A stretch of 64,000 nt of DNA from Tagaea sp. (GTDB lineage Bacteria > Pseudomonadota > Alphaproteobacteria > CACIAM-22H2), in contig JBGAKN010000004.1 in NCBI GenBank assembly GCA_044224405.1, positions 183,810-247,809 of the forward strand. The letters run 5' to 3'. This document shows, piece after piece, positions 37,993 to 48,559 of this stretch. The position numbers and the translations under genes were made by a program. The notes below the pieces were generated by a model, which saw only the letters and a program-made list of their open reading frames with translations, was not told the origin of the DNA and made no database searches. Numbering within the stretch: position 1 is the first letter of the stretch; each line of letters begins with the position of its first letter.

Positions 37993-38969
37993 TGAACGAG
38001 GGGGCCCAGATCGTCTGCGTCGGCCGGATCTATGCCGATATTGTCCTGGCCGGGCTTGACCGCCTGCCCGAACTCGGCCGCGAGATCTATGCGCAGGATA
38101 TCGCCATCGCGCCCGGCGGCGGTGCTGCGATCTCTGCGGTCTTTCTCGCGCATCTCGGCCGGAAGGTGGAGCTAGCCGGCGCGCTCGGTACCGACCCGAT
38201 TTCGAACGCTATCGAACAGGAGCTCCGCACGACTGGCGTCGGCCTCGGACTGCTCGAGCGCTTCGTCGACGGGCCGCAGATCACCGTGGCATTGCCGCTT
38301 AAGGGCGACCGCGCGTTCGTGACGAAGCGGGCCGGTCCCGCCGTTCCGGGCGGGGTCGCGGAATATCTGCGTCGCGGCGGCGTCCGCCATCTGCATGTCG
38401 CCGAGCTTGCCACGCTGCTCGACGCGCGCTGGCTGCTCGCGCTCGCGCGCGAATGCGGTGCCACTGTTTCGCTCGACGTCGCGTGGGACGAGGCGGCACT
38501 CCGCGATCCTCAAGCGCTCGCACTTGCCCGGTCCGTCGATGTCCTTTTCCCGAACGGCGACGAGGCTGCGGCATTGACCGGACTGTCCGGCCGGTCGTCC
38601 GACGCGCTTGTGCGGGATCTTTCGGGCGACGGCGCGTGCGTCGTCCTCAAGAACGGCAGCGAGGGCGCGATCCTGTCCGATGGACGCCGGTCGTTCCGGG
38701 CCGATGCGCTCGCGGTGCAGGTCGTCGACACGACCGGAGCCGGCGACGCGTTTGCAGCCGGGTTCCTCGATGCATGGCTCGATGGCAATCCACCGGAGTC
38801 ATGCCTTGCACGCGCGATCGCATGCGGCACCTTCGCTGTCACGCATTTCGGTGGCACGCTTGTCCTGCCGACGCGCCAGACGATCAGGGACATGGAGCGG
38901 GATGTCCGCATCCATGCGATTCATCGCACGCCATCGGGAGCGATGCCGGACAAAGCCCCCAGCATCTGA
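37992..38969 (+). CDS. PfkB-family carbohydrate kinase (ribokinase-like)
   Basis: VNEGAQIVCVGRIYADIVL N-terminal motif. C-terminal DTTGAGDAFAAGFL (PfkB signature 2) and DGACVVLKNGSEGA. GTG start overlaps the ATPase stop. Confidence 0.75.
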
Positions 38970-39021
38970 TCTTCGTTATTTCCCGACGCCGCGTCCGCCG
39001 GCACCGAAACGTATCGTCGGA

Positions 39022-39789
39022 CTATTCGTCCGCCGCGCCGCGCCTCAAGAGATACGTGTCCATGATCCAGCCTTTCTCGGCCTTCTTCGCGCGTCGCAGG
39101 TCGGCAATTTCGCCGCCGACCTCGCTCACCTTGCCCGAGGCCAGCGTCTCGTCCGAAGTCCCGAGATAGGCGCCCCAGTAGATTTCCAGATCTTCGTCGG
39201 TAAATCCGGTGAATGCCGTGCCGGCATCGAGCATCACGACGACATTGTTGCAATCGGCCGGCAATCCGTTCGCAAGCCTGCGTGCAGGGGTGATGTGGAT
39301 CGATTCACCGGTGCGGTTCAGGCTGATCTTGTGGCGCGCGGCCAAAGCCTGGACACTCGTGATTCCGGGAATGACTTCGTATTCGAACGCCACCGTTCCG
39401 TCGGCAAGGATCTGCCGCAGGATTCCCAACGTGCCGTCGTAGAGCGACGGATCGCCCCAGATCAGGAAAGCGCCGCACTCGCCGTCCTTCAATTCGTCGG
39501 CGATCATCGACCGGTAGAGCGCGACGCGCTTTTCGCGCCAGGCCGCGACTTCCGCCGCATATGCGGAAGGCGTGCGATCACGCTCGGGGTCCGGGACTTC
39601 GAACAGCCGATAATCCGGATCCTTGATGAACCTGCCGCATATTTCCCTGCGAAGCCGCCCGAGATCGTCTTTCTGCTTGCCCTTGTCGATGATGAAGAAG
39701 ACATCCACTTCGTTGAGCGCGTTGATGGCCTGGATCGTCATGTAATCCGGATTTCCGGCGCCAATCCCGATGACGAACACCTTCTTCAT
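39022..39789 (-). CDS. cobF: Precorrin-6A synthase (deacetylating), CobF
   Basis: MKKVFVIGIGAGNPDYMTIQAINAL, an N-terminus typical of class III SAM-dependent tetrapyrrole methyltransferases. About 255 aa. Divergent from cobG. Confidence 0.75.
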   Translation of the reverse strand: MKKVFVIGIGAGNPDYMTIQAINALNEVDVFFIIDKGKQKDDLGRLRREICGRFIKDPDYRLFEVPDPERDRTPSAYAAEVAAWREKRVALYRSMIADELKDGECGAFLIWGDPSLYDGTLGILRQILADGTVAFEYEVIPGITSVQALAARHKISLNRTGESIHITPARRLANGLPADCNNVVVMLDAGTAFTGFTDEDLEIYWGAYLGTSDETLASGKVSEVGGEIADLRRAKKAEKGWIMDTYLLRRGAADE

Positions 39790-40009
39790 TGCTTCGATTC
39801 TCCTTCGGACAGGCGCGGCCTCGGCCTGCCAGGGCGGGTAAAATAGCCGCAGACACAGCCTGCTGCCAGTCGCCAGAAGCATGCGGCAGCGATGGCGCGG
39901 CGACGGCAAGTATGCGCTTTACGCCCACGGACGCGGTCGTGTAACACTGCCTTTTCCGATAACATCTGCATGGACTTATCCTGCTGGCGCCGGTCGCCGG
40001 GAAATCGAA

Positions 40010-41350
40010 ATGCCTGACTTGTTCCCAAATACGCTCGAGGTACGGTCGAATCGCGGCGCGAGCGCATGTCCGGGCTTGTTCCGCATCGTTCCGGCACTCG
40101 ACGGCGGCCTTTGCCGCATCAGACTTCCGCTGGGACAACTTGCGGCCGATCAGGCGCGCGCCGTCGCGACTCTCGCCCAGCGTTTCGGCAACGGGATCGT
40201 GGAGGCGACGAATCGCGCCAACCTCCAGCTTCGCGGTGTCGCGCCCGACGACGGCACCGCACTCGTCGAAGGCCTTCTCGACGCGGGGCTTGGGCCAGCC
40301 GAACGTGAAGCCGACGATGTCCGCAACGTCATGGTCAGTCCGACGGCGGGATTCGATCCCGATCAGAAAATCGACGCACTGCCGATCGCGCGCGCTCTGC
40401 TCACCCATCTGCAGTCAGACGCCGACTGCCGCGTGCTCTCCCCGAAATTCTCGCTGCTGGTCGACGGCGGAGAAAGCGTCGCCGCGATCGGGCATCCGCA
40501 CGATATCTGGCTGGCCAGCCTTGGCGACGATGCGATGGCGCTCGGCATTGCGGGGAGTCCGCCGGGCGCGGATCAGGCGCACGCTTCCTTCCTGGTCGTT
40601 CCCCTCGCACGCGCAGTCGAAGCGGCCCAAGCCGCCATCGGATTGTTTCTGGATCTGGCGGCCTGCAATCCGGACGTGACTCGCTTCCGGCATCTCGCAT
40701 CCGACGGTATCCTCGACCGCCTCGGCCAAATCCTCGACGTCGCCGTGCAGCGGAATCCCGAATGGCGTCGTGCTTCTCCGGTATCCGGCGGCCATATCGG
40801 CATCCGGCCGCAACGGCACGCAGGCATGGTCTTCGTCGGCGCGATGCCGCCCCTCGGCCGCCTGACCCCGCAGACGCTGGTCGGCCTTGCGGATGTAGCC
40901 GAGGCTTTCGGCACCGGCCATCTGCGCATGACGCCTTGGCAAAGCGTTGTCATCCCGGGTATCCGAAGAACCGCGGCACCGCATGCGGTTCGTTCCCTCG
41001 AAGCGCTGGGACTGGTCTGCGATCCGCAAGCCCCGCTGGCATCGATGATCGCGTGCGCCGGATCGACCGGATGCGCGGCATCGTTCTCTGACACGAAAGC
41101 GGATGCGCTTGCGCTGGCGCGCCTGCTTCCGGCGCAAATCCGGACGCGACGAGTCATTCATCTGAGCGGCTGCGCGAAGTCCTGCGCCTCGGCCGCGACC
41201 GCAGACGTGACGCTGCTCGCGTCGGCACCGGGAACCTACGAACTCTTCCGCGAGGTCAAGGGTTCGAGCGGGCGGTTCGGCCGCTCGATGGCGCGTGAAC
41301 TCGATATCGAGGATGTTGGCCTGCGGCTTCGCGGCGTGGACGCGACATGA
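40010..41350 (+). CDS. cobG: Precorrin-3B synthase CobG (O2-dependent mono-oxygenase, nitrite/sulfite-reductase-like ferredoxin fold)
   Basis: ACPGLFRIVPALDGGLCRIRLPLGQL and C-terminal ACAGSTGCAAS...LSGCAKSCAS Cys motifs. ATGA-coupled to cobH. Confidence 0.7.
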   Translation: MPDLFPNTLEVRSNRGASACPGLFRIVPALDGGLCRIRLPLGQLAADQARAVATLAQRFGNGIVEATNRANLQLRGVAPDDGTALVEGLLDAGLGPAEREADDVRNVMVSPTAGFDPDQKIDALPIARALLTHLQSDADCRVLSPKFSLLVDGGESVAAIGHPHDIWLASLGDDAMALGIAGSPPGADQAHASFLVVPLARAVEAAQAAIGLFLDLAACNPDVTRFRHLASDGILDRLGQILDVAVQRNPEWRRASPVSGGHIGIRPQRHAGMVFVGAMPPLGRLTPQTLVGLADVAEAFGTGHLRMTPWQSVVIPGIRRTAAPHAVRSLEALGLVCDPQAPLASMIACAGSTGCAASFSDTKADALALARLLPAQIRTRRVIHLSGCAKSCASAATADVTLLASAPGTYELFREVKGSSGRFGRSMARELDIEDVGLRLRGVDAT

Positions 41351-41976
41351 AGCACGATTATGTTCGCGACGGCGCCGAGATCTACAGGCGCTCGTTTGCC
41401 ATCATCCGGAAAGAAGCCGATCTCAGCGCCATTCCGCCGAGCCTGGAGAAGCTTGCCGTCCGGGTAGCACATGCCAGCGGCATGGTCGACGTGATCCCCG
41501 ATCTCCTGTTTTCGCCGGACGCCGGGGATGCGGGGCGCAAGGCGCTCTCGGCAGGTGCCGCGATCCTGTGCGATTCCTTCATGGTCGCGCACGGCATCAC
41601 CCGCGCGCGACTTGCCGCTGACAATCCCGTCGTCTGCACGCTCGATCGCCCGGAGGTCCGCGATATCGCGGGCCGGATCGGCAACACCCGTTCGGCCGCG
41701 GCACTGGATCTCTGGCTGCCGCAGCTCGCCGGCGCGGTCGTGGCGATCGGAAACGCGCCGACCGCATTGTTCCGCCTGCTGGAGATGCTCGACGCCGGCG
41801 CCCCCCGGCCCGCACTGATCCTGGGATTTCCCGTCGGCTTCATCGGCGCGGCCGAATCAAAGGACGCGCTGGCGAAAGACAGTTGCGGCATTCCCTTCGT
41901 CACCATACGTGGCCGGCGCGGCGGCAGCGCCATGACGGCGGCCGCGGTCAACGCACTGGCGTCCGAAAGCGAATAG
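41347..41976 (+). CDS. cobH: Precorrin-8X methylmutase CobH
   Basis: 209 aa. YVRDGAEIYRRSFAIIR...LLEMLDAGAPRPALILGFPVGFIGAAESK are highly conserved CobH/CbiC motifs. Confidence 0.85.
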   Translation: MKHDYVRDGAEIYRRSFAIIRKEADLSAIPPSLEKLAVRVAHASGMVDVIPDLLFSPDAGDAGRKALSAGAAILCDSFMVAHGITRARLAADNPVVCTLDRPEVRDIAGRIGNTRSAAALDLWLPQLAGAVVAIGNAPTALFRLLEMLDAGAPRPALILGFPVGFIGAAESKDALAKDSCGIPFVTIRGRRGGSAMTAAAVNALASESE

Positions 41977-42708
41977 ATGGCAAGCACGGGACGATTGTTT
42001 GGCCTGGGCGTCGGCCCCGGCGATCCGGAACTGATCACGGTAAAGGCGCTGCGCCTGCTTCGCGAGGCGCCGGTCGTCGCCTATCTGGTGGCCAAGGGCA
42101 GGAAGGGCAACGCCTTTGCCATCATCGAAGAGCATCTGCAGCCTGAAAAAACCGTCCTGCCGCTTGTCTTCCCCGTGACGACCGAGCACCTGCCGCCGCC
42201 CCAATCCTACGAGACGGTGATTTCAGATTTCTACGATGCGGCTGCCGTGACGCTCGCGGGCATTCTCGACGCGGGCAAGGACGTCGCCGTGATCTGCGAA
42301 GGCGATCCGTTTTTCTACGGATCGTTCATGTATCTCTACGACAGGCTGGCGGACCGCTACCGGACCGAAGTCGTCCCCGGCGTCTGCTCGATCGTCGCCT
42401 GCGCTTCGGCGTTGGGCGCGCCGCTGGTCTATCGCAACCAGAGCCTTTCCGTCCTGTCGGGCGTGCTTCCCGAGGATGAGCTGGCTACGCAACTGGCCAA
42501 GGTCGATGCCGCGGCGATTATGAAACTGGGAACGAACTTCGAGAAGGTGCGCCGGGTCGTGACGCAGCTCGGGCATGGGGATCGGGCGCTCTACATAGAA
42601 CGGGCGACCATGGCGAACCAGCGCACGCTCAAGCTGGCCGAGATCGACCCCAAGACGGTGCCGTATTTCTCGATGATCCTGATCCCTGGCCGGAAATGGC
42701 AGGGATGA
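41977..42708 (+). CDS. cobI: Precorrin-2 C20-methyltransferase CobI
   Basis: [32 protein letters not shown]. Confidence 0.85.
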   Translation: MASTGRLFGLGVGPGDPELITVKALRLLREAPVVAYLVAKGRKGNAFAIIEEHLQPEKTVLPLVFPVTTEHLPPPQSYETVISDFYDAAAVTLAGILDAGKDVAVICEGDPFFYGSFMYLYDRLADRYRTEVVPGVCSIVACASALGAPLVYRNQSLSVLSGVLPEDELATQLAKVDAAAIMKLGTNFEKVRRVVTQLGHGDRALYIERATMANQRTLKLAEIDPKTVPYFSMILIPGRKWQG

Positions 42709-44453
42709 CCGCTCGCGAAACCGCGATCGTGATCCTCGGCGAGGGTAGCCTGGCGACGGCCCGCCGGATTCAATCCGCATTGCCCGGCGCCTGCATATTC
42801 GGGCTGGCCGGTCGCACGACTGGTGTCGACATTCCATATTCCGATTTCGGCGAAAAGCTGCGCGAACTTTTCTTGGACGACGTGCCCATCGTGGCGTTGT
42901 GCGCCGCCGGCATCGTCATCCGCACGCTAGCCCCCCTCCTCCAGAACAAGCGGGCTGAACCGCCGGTGCTGGCCGTCGCCGAAGACGGCAGCGCGGTCGT
43001 GCCGCTGCTTGGCGGCCTTCGCGGCGTGAACGCGATCGCGCAGAAGATCGGCGCGGCATTGGGCGCCGTTCCCGCCATCACGACGACGGGCGAAGTGCGC
43101 TTCGGCGCGACACTCGAGGCACCGCCCGCGGGCTACGAACTCCGCAATCCCGCCGACAGCAAGCGCTTCATGTCGGATCTGCTGGCGGGCAACGCAGTTG
43201 TTCTTTCGGGAAACGCGCCGTGGCTCGCGGACACGCACCTTCCGTTTGCGAACGAAGGGCCCCTGTCGATCCGTGTGACAAGCGAGGATCACGAGCCGCG
43301 TGCGCGCGAACTCGTCTTCCATCCCCGTTCGCTTGCCATCGGCCTTGCCGCCGGCAACGCCGATCTGCCGGCACTCGTGCTCGGCGCGCTGGCAAGGCAC
43401 CGCTTGGCGCCCCAGGCAGTCGGCGTCCTCCTTGCGGCCGAACGCGACGTCGCACGCGCCGAAATCCATGCCGTCGGCGCGGCCCTGGATCGACCAGTCC
43501 GCTTCCTGCCTGAGGCATCGACACACGAAGCACTGCTCGAAGCCACCATCCCGGCGCGTGTCGGAAAGCCGTTGATCGACGGACCGGTCGCCATCGTCGA
43601 GGCCGCATCGCCCATCGTCGCCGAGAAAATCGGACGAGCCAGAGGCCGCCTCGCGGTCGTCGGGCTTGGTCCGGGAAAAACCGAATGGATGGCGCCCGAA
43701 GCGCGGCGGTTACTCGCCACCGCCGACGATATCGTCGGCTACGAGACTTATGTGCGAATGGCCGGGCCGTTTCTGGCCACCCAGCGCGTCCATATGTCGG
43801 ACAACCGCGAAGAGCTGGATCGGGCACGGCACGCACTGTCACTGGCGGCGCTGGGTCGCGCAGTCGCCGTCGTGTCCTCCGGTGATCCCGGCATCTTCGC
43901 CATGGCGACCGCCGTCATGGAGGCCCTTCACAAGTCGGACGATCCGGCCTGGGCGGGCGTCGAAATCACCGTCATCCCCGGCATATCCGCCGCGCAAGGA
44001 GCTGCAGCGCGTATCGGCGCGCCGCTGGGCCACGATTTCTGCGTCCTGTCGCTCTCGGACAATCTCAAACCATGGAAAGTGATCGAGCGGCGGCTCGACT
44101 CTGCGGCCGCAGCCGATCTGGTGCTGGCGCTCTACAATCCGATTTCGCGCAACCGGCCCTGGCAGCTCGGACAGGCCCTGAAAATCATCGCCCGCCACCG
44201 TTCGGCGAGTACGCCGGTGATCGTCGGCCGCGATGTCGGTCGGCCGGACGAAAATGTCCGGGTCGTCGCGCTGTCGTCCCTCTCGCCGTCGGACGTGGAC
44301 ATGCGGACGGTTCTGATCGTCGGCTCGACAACGACCATGGTCTTTCCGCGGATTGACGGCGGCGTCTGGACCTACACGCCGCGCACCTATGGCGAGCCGG
44401 AAGCCGCGGAAGCGAGCAATGAAGAGGTTGACTTCCCTTCCGGGCGCGCTTGA
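42696..44453 (+). CDS. cobJ: Fused CbiG/CobE-like domain plus precorrin-3B C17-methyltransferase CobJ
   Basis: 585 aa. C-terminal half [35 protein letters not shown]...[13 protein letters not shown] is a class III methyltransferase (CobJ). N-terminal roughly 330 aa resemble CbiG. Confidence 0.75.
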   Translation: MAGMTARETAIVILGEGSLATARRIQSALPGACIFGLAGRTTGVDIPYSDFGEKLRELFLDDVPIVALCAAGIVIRTLAPLLQNKRAEPPVLAVAEDGSAVVPLLGGLRGVNAIAQKIGAALGAVPAITTTGEVRFGATLEAPPAGYELRNPADSKRFMSDLLAGNAVVLSGNAPWLADTHLPFANEGPLSIRVTSEDHEPRARELVFHPRSLAIGLAAGNADLPALVLGALARHRLAPQAVGVLLAAERDVARAEIHAVGAALDRPVRFLPEASTHEALLEATIPARVGKPLIDGPVAIVEAASPIVAEKIGRARGRLAVVGLGPGKTEWMAPEARRLLATADDIVGYETYVRMAGPFLATQRVHMSDNREELDRARHALSLAALGRAVAVVSSGDPGIFAMATAVMEALHKSDDPAWAGVEITVIPGISAAQGAAARIGAPLGHDFCVLSLSDNLKPWKVIERRLDSAAAADLVLALYNPISRNRPWQLGQALKIIARHRSASTPVIVGRDVGRPDENVRVVALSSLSPSDVDMRTVLIVGSTTTMVFPRIDGGVWTYTPRTYGEPEAAEASNEEVDFPSGRA

Positions 44454-44489
44454 TCTGGTTCAACGCCCTTCACGTCGGCAAGGCCATAT

Positions 44490-45239
44490 TTGATCATGCT
44501 CGATCATCTACACGCATTTCTCGCGCCTGATCTCGCGGTAGCGGGCACGATCGTCGCCATCCCGATGTTCGTCGCCGGATTGGCCGGCGGGTTCACGCAT
44601 TGCGCGGGAATGTGCGGGCCATTCGTGTTCGCGCAGGTCGCCAGCCGGCTGTCGCACATCGACATCGACGCATTCGGCACGATGGCGCGGGTCAGGGTTG
44701 CCGCGACGCTGCCCTATCATCTCGGCCGGTTGACGACCTACACCGTCCTCGGTGCCATCGCGGGCGGGATTTCGGATTCATTGAAGATGGTGACGCAGCA
44801 CGCGTGGATTACCCCGGCCTTCATGCTGGTGTCGGCGATGCTGTTCCTCGCCCAGGCGATCGACCATCCGTTCCGTCTGCCATGGCTTGACGAGAAGATG
44901 TCGCGCGGCGCCGCCGCGATCATGCGGCTCCTCAATGTGTCCGCGGAAGGCGGGCCCGGAACCGGCGGCTACTTTCTCGGTGTCGCGCTCGGCTTCCTGC
45001 CCTGCGGGATGCTGTATGGGGCGCTGGCAGCCTCGGCCGGTTGCGGCACCTGGATGGCCGGCGGCTTCGGAATGGCCGCATTCGCGATCGGAACGGTTCC
45101 GGCCCTTTTCGTCGTCGGCTATGGCGGCGTCACTCTCGGAAAGCACCGCCGTGCCCAATTCCAAAAGCTTGCACGTCCGGCCATGGCGCTGAATGCGGCA
45201 ATTCTCCTCGGCCTAGCCGCCCGCTCCGTCTTCAGCTAA
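44490..45239 (+). CDS. DsbD_2/CcdA-like polytopic membrane protein with HCAGMCGP motif
   Basis: 249 aa, about 6 TM. Cysteine motif GGFTHCAGMCGPFVFAQ in TM1. Sits between the cob and cco clusters. Function (thiol-disulfide or metal handling) not assignable from sequence. Confidence 0.4.
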   Translation: MIMLDHLHAFLAPDLAVAGTIVAIPMFVAGLAGGFTHCAGMCGPFVFAQVASRLSHIDIDAFGTMARVRVAATLPYHLGRLTTYTVLGAIAGGISDSLKMVTQHAWITPAFMLVSAMLFLAQAIDHPFRLPWLDEKMSRGAAAIMRLLNVSAEGGPGTGGYFLGVALGFLPCGMLYGALAASAGCGTWMAGGFGMAAFAIGTVPALFVVGYGGVTLGKHRRAQFQKLARPAMALNAAILLGLAARSVFS

Positions 45240-46030
45240 CTCCATTCGACCACGTCCTTGTACGCGTGCCAGCTCGCGTGCCCGACGAGCGGCAGCGCGA
45301 CCGCAAGCCCCACGTAGAACGTGGCAAGGCCGAACGACGTGAACACCACGATCAACCCGGCCCACAGCGCCATCGCCTGCCAGTTCGTGCAGACGGCGAC
45401 CCAGCTGGTGGCGATCGCGGTGGTGACGCCAACGTCCCGATCCAGCAGCATGGGAATCGACACGGCGCAGATCGCGAATGTCGCAGTCGCCAGAACCGCG
45501 CCGATGACCGTTCCCACGACGAGAAACGCGAGGCTGCCCGGCGCAAGCAGCAACGCCGAATAAAGCTGGTCGAGAGAAGGGTTTGCGCGCCCGAAAGCCA
45601 GCGCGAAAAGCAGCAGTGCGATCCGCATCCACACCAGATGGATGAACATCACGACCAATCCCATCAGCGCGATCTGGCCGAAATTCCGGCGGAAGGCGAA
45701 GATCAATGCGCACATCCTCACAGGCTCGCCGGTCTCGCGAAGGCGGCTGATCTCATAAAAGATGATCGCAAGGACAGGTGCGACGAAGAAAAATCCGGCC
45801 GCGAGCGGCAGGAGCAAATAAAGGGATCCGGCAAACCAGATGCCAAGAGACGCGGCCAGACTCGCCGCGACGATCACGACACCGAAGCCGAGGCTCAGCC
45901 GAGGCAAAGTGGCCAGATCATGCCATCCCGCCGCGATCCATACCCAGGGGCGATCGACCGGCACGCGCCTGATGTTTATGCCCGGAGCGACAAATGCAGG
46001 CTGGGATTGCGACATCTCGTCTTCCTCCAC
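45236..46030 (-). CDS. Conserved integral membrane protein (DUF2189-like), divergent from ccoN
   Basis: 264-aa hydrophobic protein. Shares its promoter region and a FixK box with ccoN. Overlaps the convergent upstream gene by 4 bp. Confidence 0.4.
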   Translation of the reverse strand: MEEDEMSQSQPAFVAPGINIRRVPVDRPWVWIAAGWHDLATLPRLSLGFGVVIVAASLAASLGIWFAGSLYLLLPLAAGFFFVAPVLAIIFYEISRLRETGEPVRMCALIFAFRRNFGQIALMGLVVMFIHLVWMRIALLLFALAFGRANPSLDQLYSALLLAPGSLAFLVVGTVIGAVLATATFAICAVSIPMLLDRDVGVTTAIATSWVAVCTNWQAMALWAGLIVVFTSFGLATFYVGLAVALPLVGHASWHAYKDVVEWS

Positions 46031-46105
46031 CGAAGCGACCGGCTGCGGCCACCACGCAATTCATCTCGTTTTCCAATTCACTAACGACCGGCCGTACCCG
46101 AGACC

Positions 46106-46119
46106 TTGATTCAGGTCAA
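46106..46119. promoter_or_regulatory. FixK/Fnr-type anaerobox TTGATTCAGGTCAA upstream of ccoN
   Basis: TTGA-N6-TCAA read at 46106-46119. Centre about 67 nt upstream of the ccoN ATG. Also serves the divergent membrane-protein gene. Confidence 0.5.
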
Positions 46120-46179
46120 GGCAAGCATGGTATCCTACATGTACATTTTACCTCTGAAGCGAATTCTCAGGGAAATCCA

Positions 46180-47652
46180 ATGACCCAAGCACTCGCAACC
46201 GACGCGGCTGGCCGAAATCCGTCCCTTCCTTATGTCGATGATGTCATTCGTGCCTTTGTCCTCGCGACGGTGTTCTGGGGGATCATCGCCTTTACCGCCG
46301 GGCTCTACATCGCACTCCAGCTAGCATTTCCCGCCCTCAATCTAGGGCTGGAGTGGACGACCTTCGGAAGGCTGCGGCCCGTCCACACATCTGCCGCGAT
46401 CTTCGCCTTCGGCGGAAGCGCGCTGATCGGAACCTCCTTTCACGTCGTCCAGCGGACATGCAGGGCGCGCCTTTGGGGCGGAACCAGTCTCGCGTGGTTC
46501 GTCTTCTGGGGATACCAGGCGTTCATCGTGCTGGCCGCCAGCGGCTACGTGCTCGGGATTACGCAAGGCAAGGAATACGCCGAGCCGGAGTGGTATGTCG
46601 ACCTGTGGCTGACGATCGTCTGGGTCGCATATCTCGCGATCTTCGCGGGTACGCTTGCCCGCCGCACCGAGCCACACATCTATGTGGCGAACTGGTTCTA
46701 CCTCGCCTTCATCCTGACGATCGCCGTCCTGCATATCGTCAACAATCTTGCCGTGCCGGTCTCGCTGTTCGGAACGACCAGCTATTCGGCGGCGGCCGGC
46801 GTGCAGAGCGCGATGATCCAGTGGTGGTACGGCCACAATGCCGTCGGCTTTTTCCTGACGGCCGGCTTCCTCGGCATGATGTACTATTACATCCCGAAGC
46901 GCGCCGAGCGGCCGGTCTATTCATATCGCCTGTCGATCATCCATTTCTGGGCGCTCATCTTCCTCTACATCTGGGCCGGTCCCCACCACCTCCACTACAC
47001 GGCGCTGCCCGATTGGGCACAGACGCTGGGCATGACGTTCTCGATCATGCTCTGGATGCCTTCGTGGGGCGGCATGATCAACGGCCTGATGACGCTTTCG
47101 GGCGCATGGGACAAGCTGCGGACGGATCCCGGCCTGCGCTTCTCCGTGACCGCCGTCGGCTTCTACGGCATGAGCACGTTCGAAGGGCCGGTCATGTCGA
47201 TCAAGGCCGTCAACGCGCTTAGCCACTACACCGACTGGACGATCGGCCATGTCCATTCCGGCGCGCTCGGCTGGGTCGCGTTCATCGTCTTCGGCGCGCT
47301 CTATTATCTGGTGCCGGTGATGTGGGGGCGCGCCGACGTCTACTCGCGCCGGCTGATCTCCTGGCATTTCTGGATTTCGACGATGGGCATCGTCCTCTAC
47401 ATCACGGCGATGTGGGTGTCGGGGATCATGCAGGGGCTGATGTGGCGAGCGTACGACGACCTGGGGTTCCTCCAGTATTCCTTCGTCGAATCGGTGGCCG
47501 CGATGCATCCGTTCTACGTGATCCGTGCGCTCGGCGGCCTGCTGTTCCTGATCGGCGGGCTGGTGATGGTCTACAATTTCTGGCGGACGATCCGCGGCGA
47601 TGTTTCCCTCGAACGGGCGCCCGTCGCAATTGTCCCCAATACGGCCAACTGA
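46180..47652 (+). CDS. ccoN: cbb3-type cytochrome c oxidase subunit I, CcoN
   Basis: 490-aa 12-TM haem-copper oxidase. Start [34 protein letters not shown] with an AGGGAAA SD. Conserved His ligands (HVHSGALGW...). Confidence 0.9.
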   Translation: MTQALATDAAGRNPSLPYVDDVIRAFVLATVFWGIIAFTAGLYIALQLAFPALNLGLEWTTFGRLRPVHTSAAIFAFGGSALIGTSFHVVQRTCRARLWGGTSLAWFVFWGYQAFIVLAASGYVLGITQGKEYAEPEWYVDLWLTIVWVAYLAIFAGTLARRTEPHIYVANWFYLAFILTIAVLHIVNNLAVPVSLFGTTSYSAAAGVQSAMIQWWYGHNAVGFFLTAGFLGMMYYYIPKRAERPVYSYRLSIIHFWALIFLYIWAGPHHLHYTALPDWAQTLGMTFSIMLWMPSWGGMINGLMTLSGAWDKLRTDPGLRFSVTAVGFYGMSTFEGPVMSIKAVNALSHYTDWTIGHVHSGALGWVAFIVFGALYYLVPVMWGRADVYSRRLISWHFWISTMGIVLYITAMWVSGIMQGLMWRAYDDLGFLQYSFVESVAAMHPFYVIRALGGLLFLIGGLVMVYNFWRTIRGDVSLERAPVAIVPNTAN

Positions 47653-47662
47653 GGAGCCGGAG

Positions 47663-48388
47663 ATGCTTTCCCGTCACGCCGTCATCGAAAAGAACATCGT
47701 CCTACTGGCGATCCTGACCCTGATCACGATATCGATCGGCGGTCTCGTCCAGATCATCCCGCTATTCACGATCGAGACCACGATCGAGCGCGTCGAGGGC
47801 ATGAGGCCCTATACCCCGCTCGAGCTGCTGGGCCGCAACATCTACATCCGCGAAGGTTGCTATCTCTGCCATAGCCAGCAGATCCGCCCCTTCAAGGACG
47901 AGGTCGAAAGATACGGCCATTACAGCCTCGCTGCTGAAAGCATGTACGACCATCCGTTCCAATGGGGTTCCAAGCGCACGGGGCCCGACCTGGCGCGCGT
48001 CGGTGGAAAGTATTCGAACGAGTGGCATGTCCTGCATCTTGCCGATCCGCGCGCGGTCGTGCCGGAGTCCGTCATGCCGGGATATGCGTTCCTTACCGAC
48101 CGGCAGCTTTCGTACGACAACATCGTCGACCATCTGAAAGCCAATCGCACGGTCGGCGTTCCCTACACCGACGAAATGATCGCAAATGCGCGCGCCGACC
48201 TTGAGGCCCAGCAGGATCCCGACGCCGACTTCGACGCGCTGCTCAAGCGCTATCCGAAAGCCGTTGTCGCGGATTTCGACGGACGGGCCGGGAAGGTTAC
48301 CGAGATGGATGCGCTCGTCGCATATCTGCAGATGCTGGGCACGCTGGTGAAGTTCGGCGATATCCGGCTTGAAGACCTTCGCCAGTAG
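47663..48388 (+). CDS. ccoO: cbb3 oxidase mono-haem subunit CcoO
   Basis: CXXCH (CYLCHSQ), an N-terminal TM anchor, and a GAGGAG SD. Confidence 0.9.
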   Translation: MLSRHAVIEKNIVLLAILTLITISIGGLVQIIPLFTIETTIERVEGMRPYTPLELLGRNIYIREGCYLCHSQQIRPFKDEVERYGHYSLAAESMYDHPFQWGSKRTGPDLARVGGKYSNEWHVLHLADPRAVVPESVMPGYAFLTDRQLSYDNIVDHLKANRTVGVPYTDEMIANARADLEAQQDPDADFDALLKRYPKAVVADFDGRAGKVTEMDALVAYLQMLGTLVKFGDIRLEDLRQ

Positions 48389-48391
48389 GAG

Positions 48392-48550
48392 ATGCCGGTG
48401 GACATGATGAGCCTCTATTCCATTCTGAGCAGCCTTTGGGTCGTCTGGTTCATGGCGCTGTTCACGGGAATCGTGATCTGGGCGTTCTGGCCTTCGCGGC
48501 GCAAACGGCTCGAAAGCCACGCGCTGATACCGTTCCGGGAACGTGAGTAG
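48392..48550 (+). CDS. ccoQ: cbb3 oxidase small subunit CcoQ (alternative starts 48404/48407)
   Basis: Unlisted 52-aa single-TM ORF MPVDMMSLYSILSSLWVVWFMALFTGIVIWAFWPSRRKRLE between ccoO and ccoP. Position and size match CcoQ/FixQ. Confidence 0.5.
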   Translation: MPVDMMSLYSILSSLWVVWFMALFTGIVIWAFWPSRRKRLESHALIPFRERE

Positions 48551-48559
48551 GAGACGGCC

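Noticed and set aside
39790-40010. Possible cobalamin riboswitch in the cobF/cobG divergent intergenic region
   Set aside because: I looked on both strands for the B12-box (GCCACTG / AGYCMGGAAGACCKGCC-like) and the conserved GGGAA elements and found only loose resemblances (GCGACTGGCAGCAGG). This is not sufficient to call, and it needs a covariance-model scan.
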